Assembly (NCBI GenBank): GCA_050950285.1
Contig: JBMNHG010000002.1
Span: 568,654-632,653 of the forward strand
DNA: 64,000 nucleotides
DNA from: Kiritimatiellia bacterium
Lineage (GTDB): Bacteria; Verrucomicrobiota; Kiritimatiellia; RFP12; JBMNHG01
Direction: 5' to 3'
Both the position numbers and the translations under genes were made by a program. Below, in pieces: positions 34,532 through 44,688 of this stretch (the first letter of the stretch is position 1; every line of letters begins with the position of its first letter). Below the pieces are notes generated by a model that ran no database searches, was not told the origin of the DNA, and worked only from the letters and a program-made list of their open reading frames with translations.

Positions 34532-37500
34532 CTATTTCGCGGGATCCGTTTTGTCGAAGATCGCCAGTTCGAGGTCCGGGAGAGCATCGGAGACAATCCG
34601 TTCGGCAGCGTTGTCACGGATTTCGTGGGGGAGCCAGCGAAGGGTGTTTTCCTTTTCCGCGAGGAGCCGGGTGACATCGAGCTCGTGCATGCCCACCGGG
34701 AGGGAGACGACGTGGCCGTTGAGGATGATGCCGCAGAGGCTCGCCGGAGAGCGAAGGAAGATGCGCTTGCCGGGAGCGTCCGGCGTCGGGAACATGATCT
34801 CGAAGTAGGCGTGCTCCTCTTTGTCACCGACCTTGATCTCCGTGCGGTCGCCGATGTCACGGCAGGCGAACCAGGGCGCTTCGAGCGGGATGGTCCGGAT
34901 CGGATTCGGGGAGGCCTTCAAGTAGAAGAGCCCGCTGATGCCGTGCGGGATCGATTGTTCGCCGGGGGGCGGCCCTTTGCTGCCGTCGATGGAGAGAGCG
35001 AGGACGACCTTGCCGTCCGGCGCTTCGACGGGGAAGGCGAACGCCGAATTGGGCTGGCCTTTGATGGGGGCGTGCGAGCGGGGCGGGCTGGCCGTTGACC
35101 CACAGGTGGCAGCAGGGGGTGAGGCCCCAGAACCAGTGGTTGGCGTCGAAATGGAGGGTGATGGTGCGGTCTTTCCAGTCCGCGGGGACATCCACGGTGC
35201 GGCGGAAGAGAAGTTTCGCGTCTTCGGGATAGCCGAGGGTGCCGAAGAGTCCGGGACGGACGGTCTTCCAGTCGGCGTCTTGGTCGAATTCCGTCGTAAA
35301 GAACTCGGATTCGAGGGCGAAGTCTTCGGAGAGCTTCCAGCCGTCGTCCAACGCAATGCAATTTGCACTGGGGGTGATATCGGGTCCGGTCCATCGGACG
35401 GTCTCGACGGGATGCCAGAGGGCGGCTTGGTTGCGGATCCAGCACAGGGCGGAGCGACCGGGACTGGCGCTCGGTGCGGCGTACAGACGGGTCTGCATGG
35501 GCTCGTAGGTTTCCTCGGGGAAGGTGACGAAGTCGTCTTCCCAGACGGCGGTGACGGCGGGATGGCCGATGGTGCCGATGTCGACGACGCCCGTCGGGGC
35601 CGTCTTGCGGCGGAAGGAGGGGGCGACCGAGACGGGTTCGTCGGTCTCTCGCGTGCGCATATGGGTGGCCATGTAGACATCGTAGACGCCGTTTTTGGAC
35701 TCCCATCGGGTGCCCCAGACGGCGGGATGGCCGGTGCGCGCCTCTTCTTCGGAGCCGAACTGCTCGAGGAAGGAGGCGAGGTAGCCGGTGCGGGTCTTTT
35801 CGTTGGCCCAGACGCCGTTGGAGTCGATCATGCGGGTGAGGAAGGGCGAGCCGAGGAAGACGAACCGGCCCTTGCCGAGACGGACTTCGGCGATGGCCAT
35901 GGAGTTGTCGTCGGTCCAGCGGGCGACGGCGCGGGCGCTATCGCCCTCGACGGCGACAGCGCCGGTGTGCTCTTTGTTCAGGTAGTCGATGGCGACGCCG
36001 GAGCCGTCGATGGTGGCGCCGCGGAGCGCCGGGAAGAGGTCTTCGTCCTCTTCGAACCGGATCTTCGCAACCGGCCAGTAGTGGTGGTTGACGCCGGGGT
36101 CGATGGCTTTGTCGCGGCCGGTGAGACCGAAGACGCCGAGGAGAGGCCAGGCGTCCTTCTTGCCCGGGGAGTGGCGGCCGGTGTGGTGCTGGGCGAGGAA
36201 GACGCCGCCGTTTTTGACGTAGCGGCGGATGGCCCTGGCCTCCTCGTCGGTGAGGAGGACGGTGCCGGCGTCCATGAGGATCGGGTAGCTGTCGACAAGC
36301 TTCTCGTTCAGGAGATCCGGCACTTCGATGTAGACGAAAGTGCGACCGATGGTCTGAAGGGGGCCGCGGGCGAAGTCCCAGTTCCAGGGTTCCTGGAAGC
36401 CGAGGCGCGTGGCGCGGGAGGAGCGCAGGATGGCGATGGGCTGCTGCGGGAGGTGGAGCTTGCCGATGGTGCGGAAGAGCTCGACGTTCTCCTCGCACCA
36501 CTGGCGGATGTCGGGCTTTTTGGTGTAGTGGCCGACGCCGAAGACGAAGTCGACGGCATCGTTGCCGTAGTTGAGGTAGAAGGAGAGGTGCTTTCGCATG
36601 CTGAAGGCATCGGCCGGAGGTCCGCCCTGTTCGCAGCTCCAGGCCATGCCGTGGCTGCGGGCGAGACGACCGCCGGTCATGGGGCACCAGTAGGCGGCGG
36701 CACCGCCGGTGTCGTGCTGATAGGCGCCGTAACGGAGGGCCATCGGCGTGGTGAGATCGAGGAGGTTGATGGTGGCCATCATCTTCATCGGACGGACGGG
36801 GTCGACGGAGCGGATGGCGCGAAGGTCGTCTTCGATCTTCTTGACGCGGAGGAAGGCGGAGAAGTTGATGGCGTCGTACCAGTAGCGGTTCTCATGTTCG
36901 GTCATGGTCGGGTAGGGCCGCAACGGGACGTCGTTGAGAAAGAAGTAGCCGGGGAGGCACTGACCGTGGGTGTCAACGACGATCTCGTTTTCCTCGCCGA
37001 TGCGGAGAAGGGATCCGGCGTCGAAGCAGTAGGAGAAGGAGGCGGGCAGAGGGTCACATTTCCGGCCGTTGATCCAGACGTCCGGGCAGGGGGTCTGGAG
37101 GCCGTGGTAGACGGCGATGGCGGTGTGGAGGTAGCGGAAGGCGTCGGTCTTGTCCGTCATCGGGACGGTGAAGGTGCGGCGCATCCAGAAGTGCTTTTCG
37201 CGGGTATCGCGGAAGCCGCCGTAGAGGAGGATGATGACGGGGTCGTTGGAGGGAAGCTGGATCCAGTCGGCGGGGGCGGACTGGGTCAGGAACCACTGAT
37301 TGGAGACGCCAACGTTCTGCGGGTCGGGGTGCGCCTCCCAGACGCCGGCGAGGTCGAGGGAGGTTTGGGGATGATAGCCGAGGAAGTCGCGGGCGATGGG
37401 AACGGTGACATCCTCCCACGAGGCGAAGTGTTTCGGGTCGTTGAAATGGCGGCGGCCTACTTCGGAGAGCGAGAGGCCGAGGTTCTTGCGGAGATAGTCC

Positions 37501-38417
37501 CGGTAGAGTTTCTGGATGTACGGGGTCTCGGCGAGCGTGCTGAGATCCTGGATGTTGGCGTTGGGGATTTCAGTGCAGCCGTGCCAGCCCATGAGGCCGG
37601 TGTCGGGTCCGTAGATCTGGGCGAGGCGGCGACGGATGTGCCAGCGGTAGGGCGCGATTTCGGGGATGGGCTGCTCGCCGCCGGTGATGATATCCGTGGC
37701 GTTGAACATGCTGGAGAATCCGGTGAAGCCGGGGGTGGGCCTTGCGTAGGGGAGGGGCTTCTCGTTCCAGGCCCATTCGAAGTAGGAGGGGAAGAGAAGC
37801 TGCCGGTAGGGGATGTCGTATTTCTTCGATATCGCCTCGTGCCAGTCGAAGATCGTGGTGTCGAGGATGGCGGGGGCGACGTGGCGGTCCTGGTGCGGGT
37901 TGAGCGTGCAGAAGCCGAGCTTCATTTTCTGGAGCCATTCGAAGTCGGTGGGAAGCTGGTACTGGTCTCCACCGCCGCCGACCCAGATGGAGGGGCCGTA
38001 GGTATCGAAGCCGTCCATCCACGCGGGATAGGCGCGGTTCGCGACGGGCTGGAGACCTCTGGGGGCGGCGTCTTGAAGGGCGTCGCGCGAGGGGGCGAAA
38101 AATTCGTAGGCGCGGGTGCCGTCGGTGCCCAGAAGCCAGAATCCGGTTCCGGGCAGTTCGAGGAGTGTGCCGGGAAGGCTGGCGTCTTTGTGTTCCTTGA
38201 TATCGCCGAAGGCGAGAAGGTCGGACTTGCGTTTGGAGGCGGTGAGAACGGCCTTCTCGGGTGATTCGGTCCGGAAGATGGTGGTTTCCACCTGGTCGTC
38301 CCGTTCGTAGGAGACTCGCAGGCGGCCGAAGCCTCGGGCGTTGTAGGTGTGCTTTTCCGTTGCGCCGAAGGCGGACAGAGCGCAACAGGCGAGAAGAAGG
38401 AGGGGGAGGTGTTTCAT
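34532..38417 (-). pseudogene. large secreted glycoside-hydrolase-like protein (beta-galactosidase-like domains) split by a single-base frameshift at about 35066-35070
   Basis: Signal peptide MKHLPLLLLACCALSAFG. ORF 34857-38417 loses protein-like character after LWVNGQPAPLARP, and the overlapping frame (to stop 34532) continues IKGQPNSAFAF...IILNG...LDVTRLL..ENTL. Removing one C from the C5 run gives about 1294 aa. Confidence 0.6.
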
Positions 38418-38443
38418 GTGATCTCTCGGATCGCGGGGTGGTG

Positions 38444-39352
38444 TCACCAGATCGTTTCGCCGAGGAGGCGAGCCGCGAGGGACACTGCCAGCATGGCGGT
38501 CTGGTTGCGGATATCCAGGACGGGGTTGACTTCGACGATCTCGGCGGAGCGGACGAGGCCGGTATCGGCCATCTCCTCCATAAGCAGGAGCGCCTCGCGG
38601 TTGGTGAGGCCGGCGGGGAGCTGGATGCCGGTGCCGGGGGCGAACATGGGGTCAAGGACGTCCATGTCGAAGCTCACATGGACGCAGTCGACGCGCTCGT
38701 GGAAGAATTTGGTGACCTTGCGGACGACGGCCGGGAAGCCGAGGCGTTCGATGTCGCTCATGGAAAAGGCGGTGACGCCGGCGGAGCGCATGAGGTTTCG
38801 TTCCTCGGGGTCGACGTCACGGAGGCCGACGAAGCAGACGTTCTTCGGGTCGACCTTGACGCCGTCGTAGTAGAGATTGACGAGTTCGGGCAGACCGTAG
38901 CCGCAGCTGGCGGCGAGGCATTCGCCGTGGATGTTGCCGGTGAGGGTGGTCTGATCCGTGTTGAAGTCGCCGTGGGCATCGATATAGAGGACGCCGATAC
39001 GCAGGTTTTGTTTCTTTGCGTAGGCGCTGATGCCGGCGATGGAGCCGAGGGCGATGGAGTGGTCGCCGCCGAGGACGAGGGGGAATTCACCGGCGGCGGC
39101 GGCCTTCTCCACGGCGGCGGCAAGCTCGGTACAGGCCTGGACGACGGGCCGGAGATATTTCGCCCGGGGGTTGCCGGGGTCTTCGAATTCCTGGGGCAGG
39201 ATGGGTTTCAGGAGGGTGCGGGTCTCCGTCTGGTGGCCGAGGGATTCCAGCTTTTCTCGGATTCCAGCGAGACGGATAGCCGAAGGACCCATATCCGAAC
39301 CGTGGCGGCTGGCACCGAAATCAAGCGGCATTTCGAAGGTCAGGACTTTCAT
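38444..39352 (-). CDS. rocF: arginase
   Basis: GSDMGPSAIR, LGGDHSIA, IDAHGDFNT...GNIHG, VSFDMDVLDP..APGTG, EIVEVNP. Confidence 0.92.
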   Translation of the reverse strand: MKVLTFEMPLDFGASRHGSDMGPSAIRLAGIREKLESLGHQTETRTLLKPILPQEFEDPGNPRAKYLRPVVQACTELAAAVEKAAAAGEFPLVLGGDHSIALGSIAGISAYAKKQNLRIGVLYIDAHGDFNTDQTTLTGNIHGECLAASCGYGLPELVNLYYDGVKVDPKNVCFVGLRDVDPEERNLMRSAGVTAFSMSDIERLGFPAVVRKVTKFFHERVDCVHVSFDMDVLDPMFAPGTGIQLPAGLTNREALLLMEEMADTGLVRSAEIVEVNPVLDIRNQTAMLAVSLAARLLGETIW

Positions 39353-39832
39353 TGAGCAGCCGTTATCCGCGTTCCGTTGTGTGAAAAGCAATGTACAAGA
39401 AATTGGAATTCTTTGCAAGGCTTCTTTCCAGGCCGTGGACTTCCCCAAAAAATCCTCGCTTGTCAAAGTGAGGTGGACGGAAGGAATTCTTGTGGCGTTG
39501 GTGAGCCGTTGTGGCCTGTGATATACTTCTTTCGGGTAAAGTTTTCGCTATGGGGTATCCACTGAAGAAGGGGACAAACGAACTGATTTTCGAGGTTCGC
39601 CCCGGCTCACGCGGACATTCCTGCGAACTGGCTTTCGTGGAAGAGGTTCCGGCGAAGCCGTAACAAAGAGTGTCTTGACGGTGCCGTCCGGGACGAGGAC
39701 GCGCACGAACGCATCCTTCTTGCCCAGCGCATCAGAACCGCCACCCCCATCTCCGAAGCAGGTCCAGGCCATTGTCTCCACGTTCCAACTTCCGCAAACC
39801 AGCGTTTCGTCAAGCCCGGTCTTTCGTGTGTC

Positions 39833-41983
39833 TTACAGTTTTTCCCAAAGGAAGGTGCTGCCGCCGACGGCGCGGAGAGCTCCGTTGTTTTCCAGAACAA
39901 TCTGCAGGGGTGTCTCGTCCGGAGAGATGCCGCAGAGGAACATGTCGTCGTCCTTCCGGTAGAACTGATATTGGCAGGGCGTTTTTGCAAAAACCTTTGC
40001 AGGCGGCATCCAGCGGCGAAGCAGGAAGTCGGACAGATCGAGGGACGGCAGATAGCCGGTGAACCAGTGGAAGCGGTCGCAGGCGGAGTGCACGATCGCG
40101 CGACGGTTCTCGCCGTCGACATCCTGCAGGGGCGCATCGGTAAAGTAGGCGGCGTCGTAGGCCTCGGGACGTCCAGTCGGCATCGGCTGATAGTTGCTCG
40201 TGAACCATTCGTGATATTTCGCGAACGGAACGGGCGACATCGAGAACAGCTTCGCGAACTCGCCGGAGATGTCGTCTCCCTCGCAGGTCGTCGTCGGAGG
40301 CGCCCCGGCGAAGATGACGGTGCCGCCGGCCCGGCCGAACTCCCGCAGCTTCTTCCAGGAGTCGTGGCGGATGACGGCGCCGTGCGGGATGATGACGGTG
40401 GAGAAGTCGCCGGAGATGTTCTCGAGGCGGCCGTTGCACACGACGGAGTCCGCAAGCATCCGGGTGTCGATGAATTCGAGCGGGAACGAGCGGTCAACGG
40501 ACTGTGTGGCGATATTGAGGAGAAATCCCTTGTGGAGATTGGCGACAGGCGCAAGGTTGAGCGCGCAGACATTCTCCCAGTCGTGCAGAACGGCGATCTC
40601 CGTCAGGGGCTTCACACCGGCGGTGGCGCGAAGGAAGTCGCGGTTCCGGCGCATTTCCTCGGCCTGCGCGGGATAGGTGTAGTGCGACGGATACATGCAG
40701 GTGTCCGCTGTCTCGCCGTAGCAGATGTTGAACCACGTGATGCGCAGAAGCGACAACAGACGACCGTTGTAGCGGGAGTTTCGGATGGAGGGATGATAGT
40801 GCCAGGTATTGGCAACGATTTCCCCGGTCGGAGTCAGACGAGCGAGCGCCTTGCCGAGGATATAGGCGTAGCAGACGGAGCGATGATCCCACCAGGAGCA
40901 GTCGGTGTAGCCGGCATCGAGAATTTCGGTCAGGCGGAAGTAATCGACGGCGCAGCTGCGAAGGTCGTTGATGCCGCCTTCGCCCTGCCAGGTGTGGTGG
41001 GTGCCGGTGATCATGGGCTTGCCGAAGATGCGGGCGGCGTCCTCGATAAGCTGCTTCTGCGCCTCGAAGAGCGACTCGTTCTGGGCGCGGTAGAAGTCCA
41101 GACGGAACCGGATGGCCTCCGGTGTCGCCGGACCCTCGAGAAGCTGCAGCTTCTCGACCGGCGAATAGCCGTGCATCTTCTGGAAATAGGCGCGAAAGGC
41201 ATCGCCGTAGAGATAGGAGTCCCAGCCGCCTCCACAGCCCGGCTCGTCCCAGCCGACGCCGTCAAGATCCGTCTCGCGATAGGCCTCGAGGAGTTCGGTG
41301 TAATATTTCCGGAAATTCGGATCGGCGAAATCGGACAATCCGAGGTCGAGGACACGGTAGAAAAGGAGCAGGTCTCCGTTCGTCTCGGACGGGAAGGTGC
41401 CAGAAAGACCCCAAAGCACGCCGCGGTGGTCGGCAGGGATGCCACCGTCGGAACGGGCAACTTTGTTCTCGACGTATTCGTGGTCGTCGCGCGTGAAAGC
41501 ATAGCCGAAGTTGTCGCTCGCGTATTGAAAGTCGGCATTCGGCAGTTCCACGAACTTTCCGTTCAGGAAAGCGGCTTCGACGCCGTCCTGGATCGGAATC
41601 GGAGACAGAAGAGCGGGGATGGGAATGCGAACCGTCCAGTTGCCGTCGACGACCTTGCAGCGACAAGGCACGAGCTTGATACGGTAGGTGGAGGGATAGC
41701 GCTCGCCCATGGCGCGGGCGATGGAAGCGTGCGGTTCAAAATCCATTACCACGCGGGCGCCGCGGGCGTGGGCGGTCTGCACGGCGACCGTCACCGCCGC
41801 AATCACGGTCGGAGACTGATGGGAAAGATTCGTACGACGCAGGAGGATGCGGATGATGTCGTGGCCGTCGTCCAGGATGCCGTTCACAAAGTGAACAATC
41901 CGGTCAGGGTGAAGAGCCAGTCGTTCATTGAGCCATAGGCCCATGCTCTGCTCGTAGTTCCGCGTTTGGATGATGTTCTTCAT
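39833..41983 (-). CDS. hypothetical protein, putative glycoside hydrolase (TIM barrel + GATase-like domain)
   Basis: 716-aa ORF, RBS AAGGGG. Contains LDGVGWDEP, F...HGY, GTHHTW and IAVLH...VIIP...F...GGTVIF (GH42/GH106-like layout). Confidence 0.6.
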   Translation of the reverse strand: MKNIIQTRNYEQSMGLWLNERLALHPDRIVHFVNGILDDGHDIIRILLRRTNLSHQSPTVIAAVTVAVQTAHARGARVVMDFEPHASIARAMGERYPSTYRIKLVPCRCKVVDGNWTVRIPIPALLSPIPIQDGVEAAFLNGKFVELPNADFQYASDNFGYAFTRDDHEYVENKVARSDGGIPADHRGVLWGLSGTFPSETNGDLLLFYRVLDLGLSDFADPNFRKYYTELLEAYRETDLDGVGWDEPGCGGGWDSYLYGDAFRAYFQKMHGYSPVEKLQLLEGPATPEAIRFRLDFYRAQNESLFEAQKQLIEDAARIFGKPMITGTHHTWQGEGGINDLRSCAVDYFRLTEILDAGYTDCSWWDHRSVCYAYILGKALARLTPTGEIVANTWHYHPSIRNSRYNGRLLSLLRITWFNICYGETADTCMYPSHYTYPAQAEEMRRNRDFLRATAGVKPLTEIAVLHDWENVCALNLAPVANLHKGFLLNIATQSVDRSFPLEFIDTRMLADSVVCNGRLENISGDFSTVIIPHGAVIRHDSWKKLREFGRAGGTVIFAGAPPTTTCEGDDISGEFAKLFSMSPVPFAKYHEWFTSNYQPMPTGRPEAYDAAYFTDAPLQDVDGENRRAIVHSACDRFHWFTGYLPSLDLSDFLLRRWMPPAKVFAKTPCQYQFYRKDDDMFLCGISPDETPLQIVLENNGALRAVGGSTFLWEKL

Positions 41984-42121
41984 GTGTCCCCTTTCCAGAA
42001 TTGCCCGTGCGCATCTTCTGCCCGGCGCACCCGTTTCATAGCGTATGCCATACGCTCTCGATATCGCTGGTTGGAAGGTTCCCTTGTTTCTCGGCCAAAG
42101 AGAATCCGTAACAAATCATTA

Positions 42122-42275
42122 TACCAACCCGGCCACAAATAGCGCTGCGCACGGAGATTGGGGCATTGGGAGCCGGAATTTGGAGTCGGGAAAGGAGCCC
42201 GGACATTCCCGTCCGTGTCACGGGCTGGAAAACCCGTGCCCCTGTTTTGCAGCATGCATTGTGGCCGGGTTCGTA
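42122..42275 (+). mobile_element. MITE/REP-like element, copy C (complete, single unit)
   Basis: TACCAACCCGGCCACAAATAGCG...TTGTGGCCGGGTTCGTA, colinear with copy A but with one double-hairpin unit. Confidence 0.85.
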
Positions 42276-42304
42276 AAACGCAAGGCCCTTCGCCGCCACC
42301 CCGT

Positions 42305-44131
42305 CTAGCGAAGCAGAATCGTCGTGCCGTTTCTGTTCGGCACTTTAAGCGAAATCGTACGGGTGTCGACGAGGAGCCGGCATCCATCCGGAATCTGCGA
42401 CTCGAAATGTGCCAGAAGGGCCGCGTCGCCTGGGAGAGCCAAATTGTTGCCGTCCTCGGCGGTGCCGTAAAGGACGCCGTTCGGAGCCGAGAAAAGCGGA
42501 ACGATGCCGCCTCCTTTGCGGGAGTATTGCTCGATGTCGAATTCCAGATTCGGATAGCACAGCGCACCGTTGAATTTATGAGCCAGATGGATGTTCGCCC
42601 CGGAAACTATCGGCGCCGCCGTATACCCACCCGCCGGAACTTCGAAGCGGATGGTCGGAGCCACGTAGAAGAGCATGTTGCGGTTCGTCGTCTCCAGCCT
42701 CGGATGATCGCCGCGGAAGATGTACGTGACGCCGCCGAGCGTGCTGTTGGCGTTGTCCGGACTCGTGGAGTAGAACTGTCCGTTGGCAAGGATGCGCAAG
42801 GTTCCGTTGGAAATCGCCATGACATTGCCGCTCCCGAAGATGTATCCGTTGAATTCGCTCGCCACGATGAGTCCATCCGGATCGATTTCGATGCGGCTGC
42901 CGACGCCATACGGACCAAAGTGCAGGCGGCTGGCGTTGTAGAACGTACCGCCGGACGAAACATGGAGCACGTTGCCGGTTGTCATGTTCCCCCACTGCGC
43001 ACCGACCCAGGTGTCGCTGCGGTTGTAGAAGTATCCGCCATCCGTGATCATCAGGCGGTTCGAATTGGCGCCGTTGTTCTGGCCGATCTGGAAGTGGACG
43101 AAGTCATTGTAGTGGTTCGAGACGATGCCGCCGTCATGGACCCAGAAAAGACCGTCTTTTCCGTTGGTGCCGAAACGCAGCGCACCGTCGGATCTCCAGG
43201 TGTTGCCGTCCGTCTCGAACAGCGCGCCGTCGCAGACTTCCAGCGTGTTGCTGCAGCCCGTGCTGTTGACCTCAAACCCCTCCATCCGGACATGTGCGCC
43301 GTTGCAGAAACGGACCTTGTTGTTGTACGCCGCGGCAGTTCCCCCGATAAAGCACCACCGGCCGTTGCTGGTCAGCGTGGCGTTGTTGACCTCGAAGTAG
43401 CAGTCATGGGCGCGGTATCCGACGCAGATCTGACCCGTCGCGAGAATATTGGCGCCGTCGCGGAGGAAAAGCCGGTTGTCCGCAATCTCATCCGTACCCT
43501 GCCAGCCGCCGACGCAGAGCTGGCGATTCCCCTGATCAATGAACGTGTCCGGTCCCGTGACGATCATCGTGTTGCCTATGTAGTGGTGGAGATCAATGCC
43601 GCCGATCACCTGCGTGCCGTTGGTGACAATGACCTGGACATTCCCGTGACCGCCATGCATCGAAAGGAAGGCCTCGATCTGCATATTGTCGAGAATGAGC
43701 GTGGAATTCGAAGTGTCCGCACGCATCGCGCGGATGTTGTCATCGTTCCCGCGGCCCTGGAAGGTGCCGTTCTTGAAAACGGTCGTCGTGGTGTTGCGGA
43801 AGAACGAATCGTTGAGCGACCGCAGGGTGTAACCGTTGAAGTCAAGGGTATACGTGGGATTGCCGACCCAGTTCCAGCACTCCCAGTTCCCGATGGTCAG
43901 GTCGTCGGTCATCTGGGCGTTGAAATGATAGGATGGACGGACCGCATTGTTTGTCGGCGAGACCTGGCCGCGTGTCGAAACATCTCCGCCCACCTGCCAG
44001 TTGGCTGGGTCGTTGAAGTCCGCCCCCGTGGTTCCGTTCCAGAAAACGACATCCACCGCAAAGGCGTTACTGGAAAGAAGCGCGACTCCCAGACAGACTG
44101 CCGCGACGGAAATGCTACTGCGTGAATTCAT
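42305..44131 (-). CDS. secreted beta-helical (autotransporter-passenger-like) hypothetical protein
   Basis: Signal peptide ending SNAFA, WNG...DFNDPANW, Asn/Gly-rich repeats of the type IG....N.L.V.DGG, C-terminus GTTILLR. No beta-barrel domain. Confidence 0.7.
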   Translation of the reverse strand: MNSRSSISVAAVCLGVALLSSNAFAVDVVFWNGTTGADFNDPANWQVGGDVSTRGQVSPTNNAVRPSYHFNAQMTDDLTIGNWECWNWVGNPTYTLDFNGYTLRSLNDSFFRNTTTTVFKNGTFQGRGNDDNIRAMRADTSNSTLILDNMQIEAFLSMHGGHGNVQVIVTNGTQVIGGIDLHHYIGNTMIVTGPDTFIDQGNRQLCVGGWQGTDEIADNRLFLRDGANILATGQICVGYRAHDCYFEVNNATLTSNGRWCFIGGTAAAYNNKVRFCNGAHVRMEGFEVNSTGCSNTLEVCDGALFETDGNTWRSDGALRFGTNGKDGLFWVHDGGIVSNHYNDFVHFQIGQNNGANSNRLMITDGGYFYNRSDTWVGAQWGNMTTGNVLHVSSGGTFYNASRLHFGPYGVGSRIEIDPDGLIVASEFNGYIFGSGNVMAISNGTLRILANGQFYSTSPDNANSTLGGVTYIFRGDHPRLETTNRNMLFYVAPTIRFEVPAGGYTAAPIVSGANIHLAHKFNGALCYPNLEFDIEQYSRKGGGIVPLFSAPNGVLYGTAEDGNNLALPGDAALLAHFESQIPDGCRLLVDTRTISLKVPNRNGTTILLR

Positions 44132-44307
44132 AACGACCCCTTGTTTGTTGTCCATGGATGAAGGCACAGTAACCATAGGATAGGGGAAAAGAACTTTTTT
44201 GCACAAGCAAAATTTTGCACAAGCAAAAAGGGAAGGCGGAGCGAAACCAAAAACGCCGATTCCTTGTGCCGTAGCCCTGTAGAAAAATCAAGGAATCCGC
44301 CATTTGT

Positions 44308-44439
44308 TACGAACTCGGCCACAGTTCCTACTGCAAAACAGGGGCACGGGTTTGACACGGACGGGAACGTCCGTGCTCCAAATTCCAGCTCCCAATGCCC
44401 CAATCTCCGTGCGCAGCGCTATTTGCGGCCGGGTTGGCA
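44308..44439 (-). mobile_element. MITE/REP-like element, copy D (inverted, internally deleted)
   Basis: The reverse complement reads TGCCAACCCGGCCGCAAATAGCG...GCACGGACGTTCCCGTCCGTGTCAAACCCGTGCCCCTGTTTTGCAG...TGTGGCCGAGTTCGTA. Confidence 0.85.
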
Positions 44440-44610
44440 AAAATGGAGAGTATGACCGTGTTGGCAATGCCGTCCGGGACGGAGGCCGCGCACGCGGCCG
44501 CGTTCGTTGATGCCGGAAAGCGTGAAGGGGCCCGCTGAATGCCGCCGCCAACGCGGCGAGGAGCATACGCGTGGTTCGTTTCGTCAGGGTGTCCCTTTAG
44601 GTTGAGGGCA

Positions 44611-44670
44611 AGAGACGCGAGACAAGAGACGAGAAAGGGAGTCTCTCGTCTCGTGTCTCGAATCCTTTTC
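44611..44670 (-). terminator. heptamer-built hairpin downstream of the giant gene
   Basis: CGAGACAAGAGACGAGA...TCTCGTCTCGTGTCTCG inverted repeat starting about 30 bp past the stop at 44689. Confidence 0.5.
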
Positions 44671-44688
44671 CACGCCACCCCCTTCGTT

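Noticed and set aside
39548..39781. 77-aa ORF between rocF and the upstream gene
   Set aside because: It has no recognisable motif and lies in the probable promoter region. It may be a gene fragment but cannot be supported.
41980..42567. ORFs running through the miniature element copies (also 1790-2248, 44128-44403)
   Set aside because: These are translations of the non-coding repeat and are not consistent between copies.
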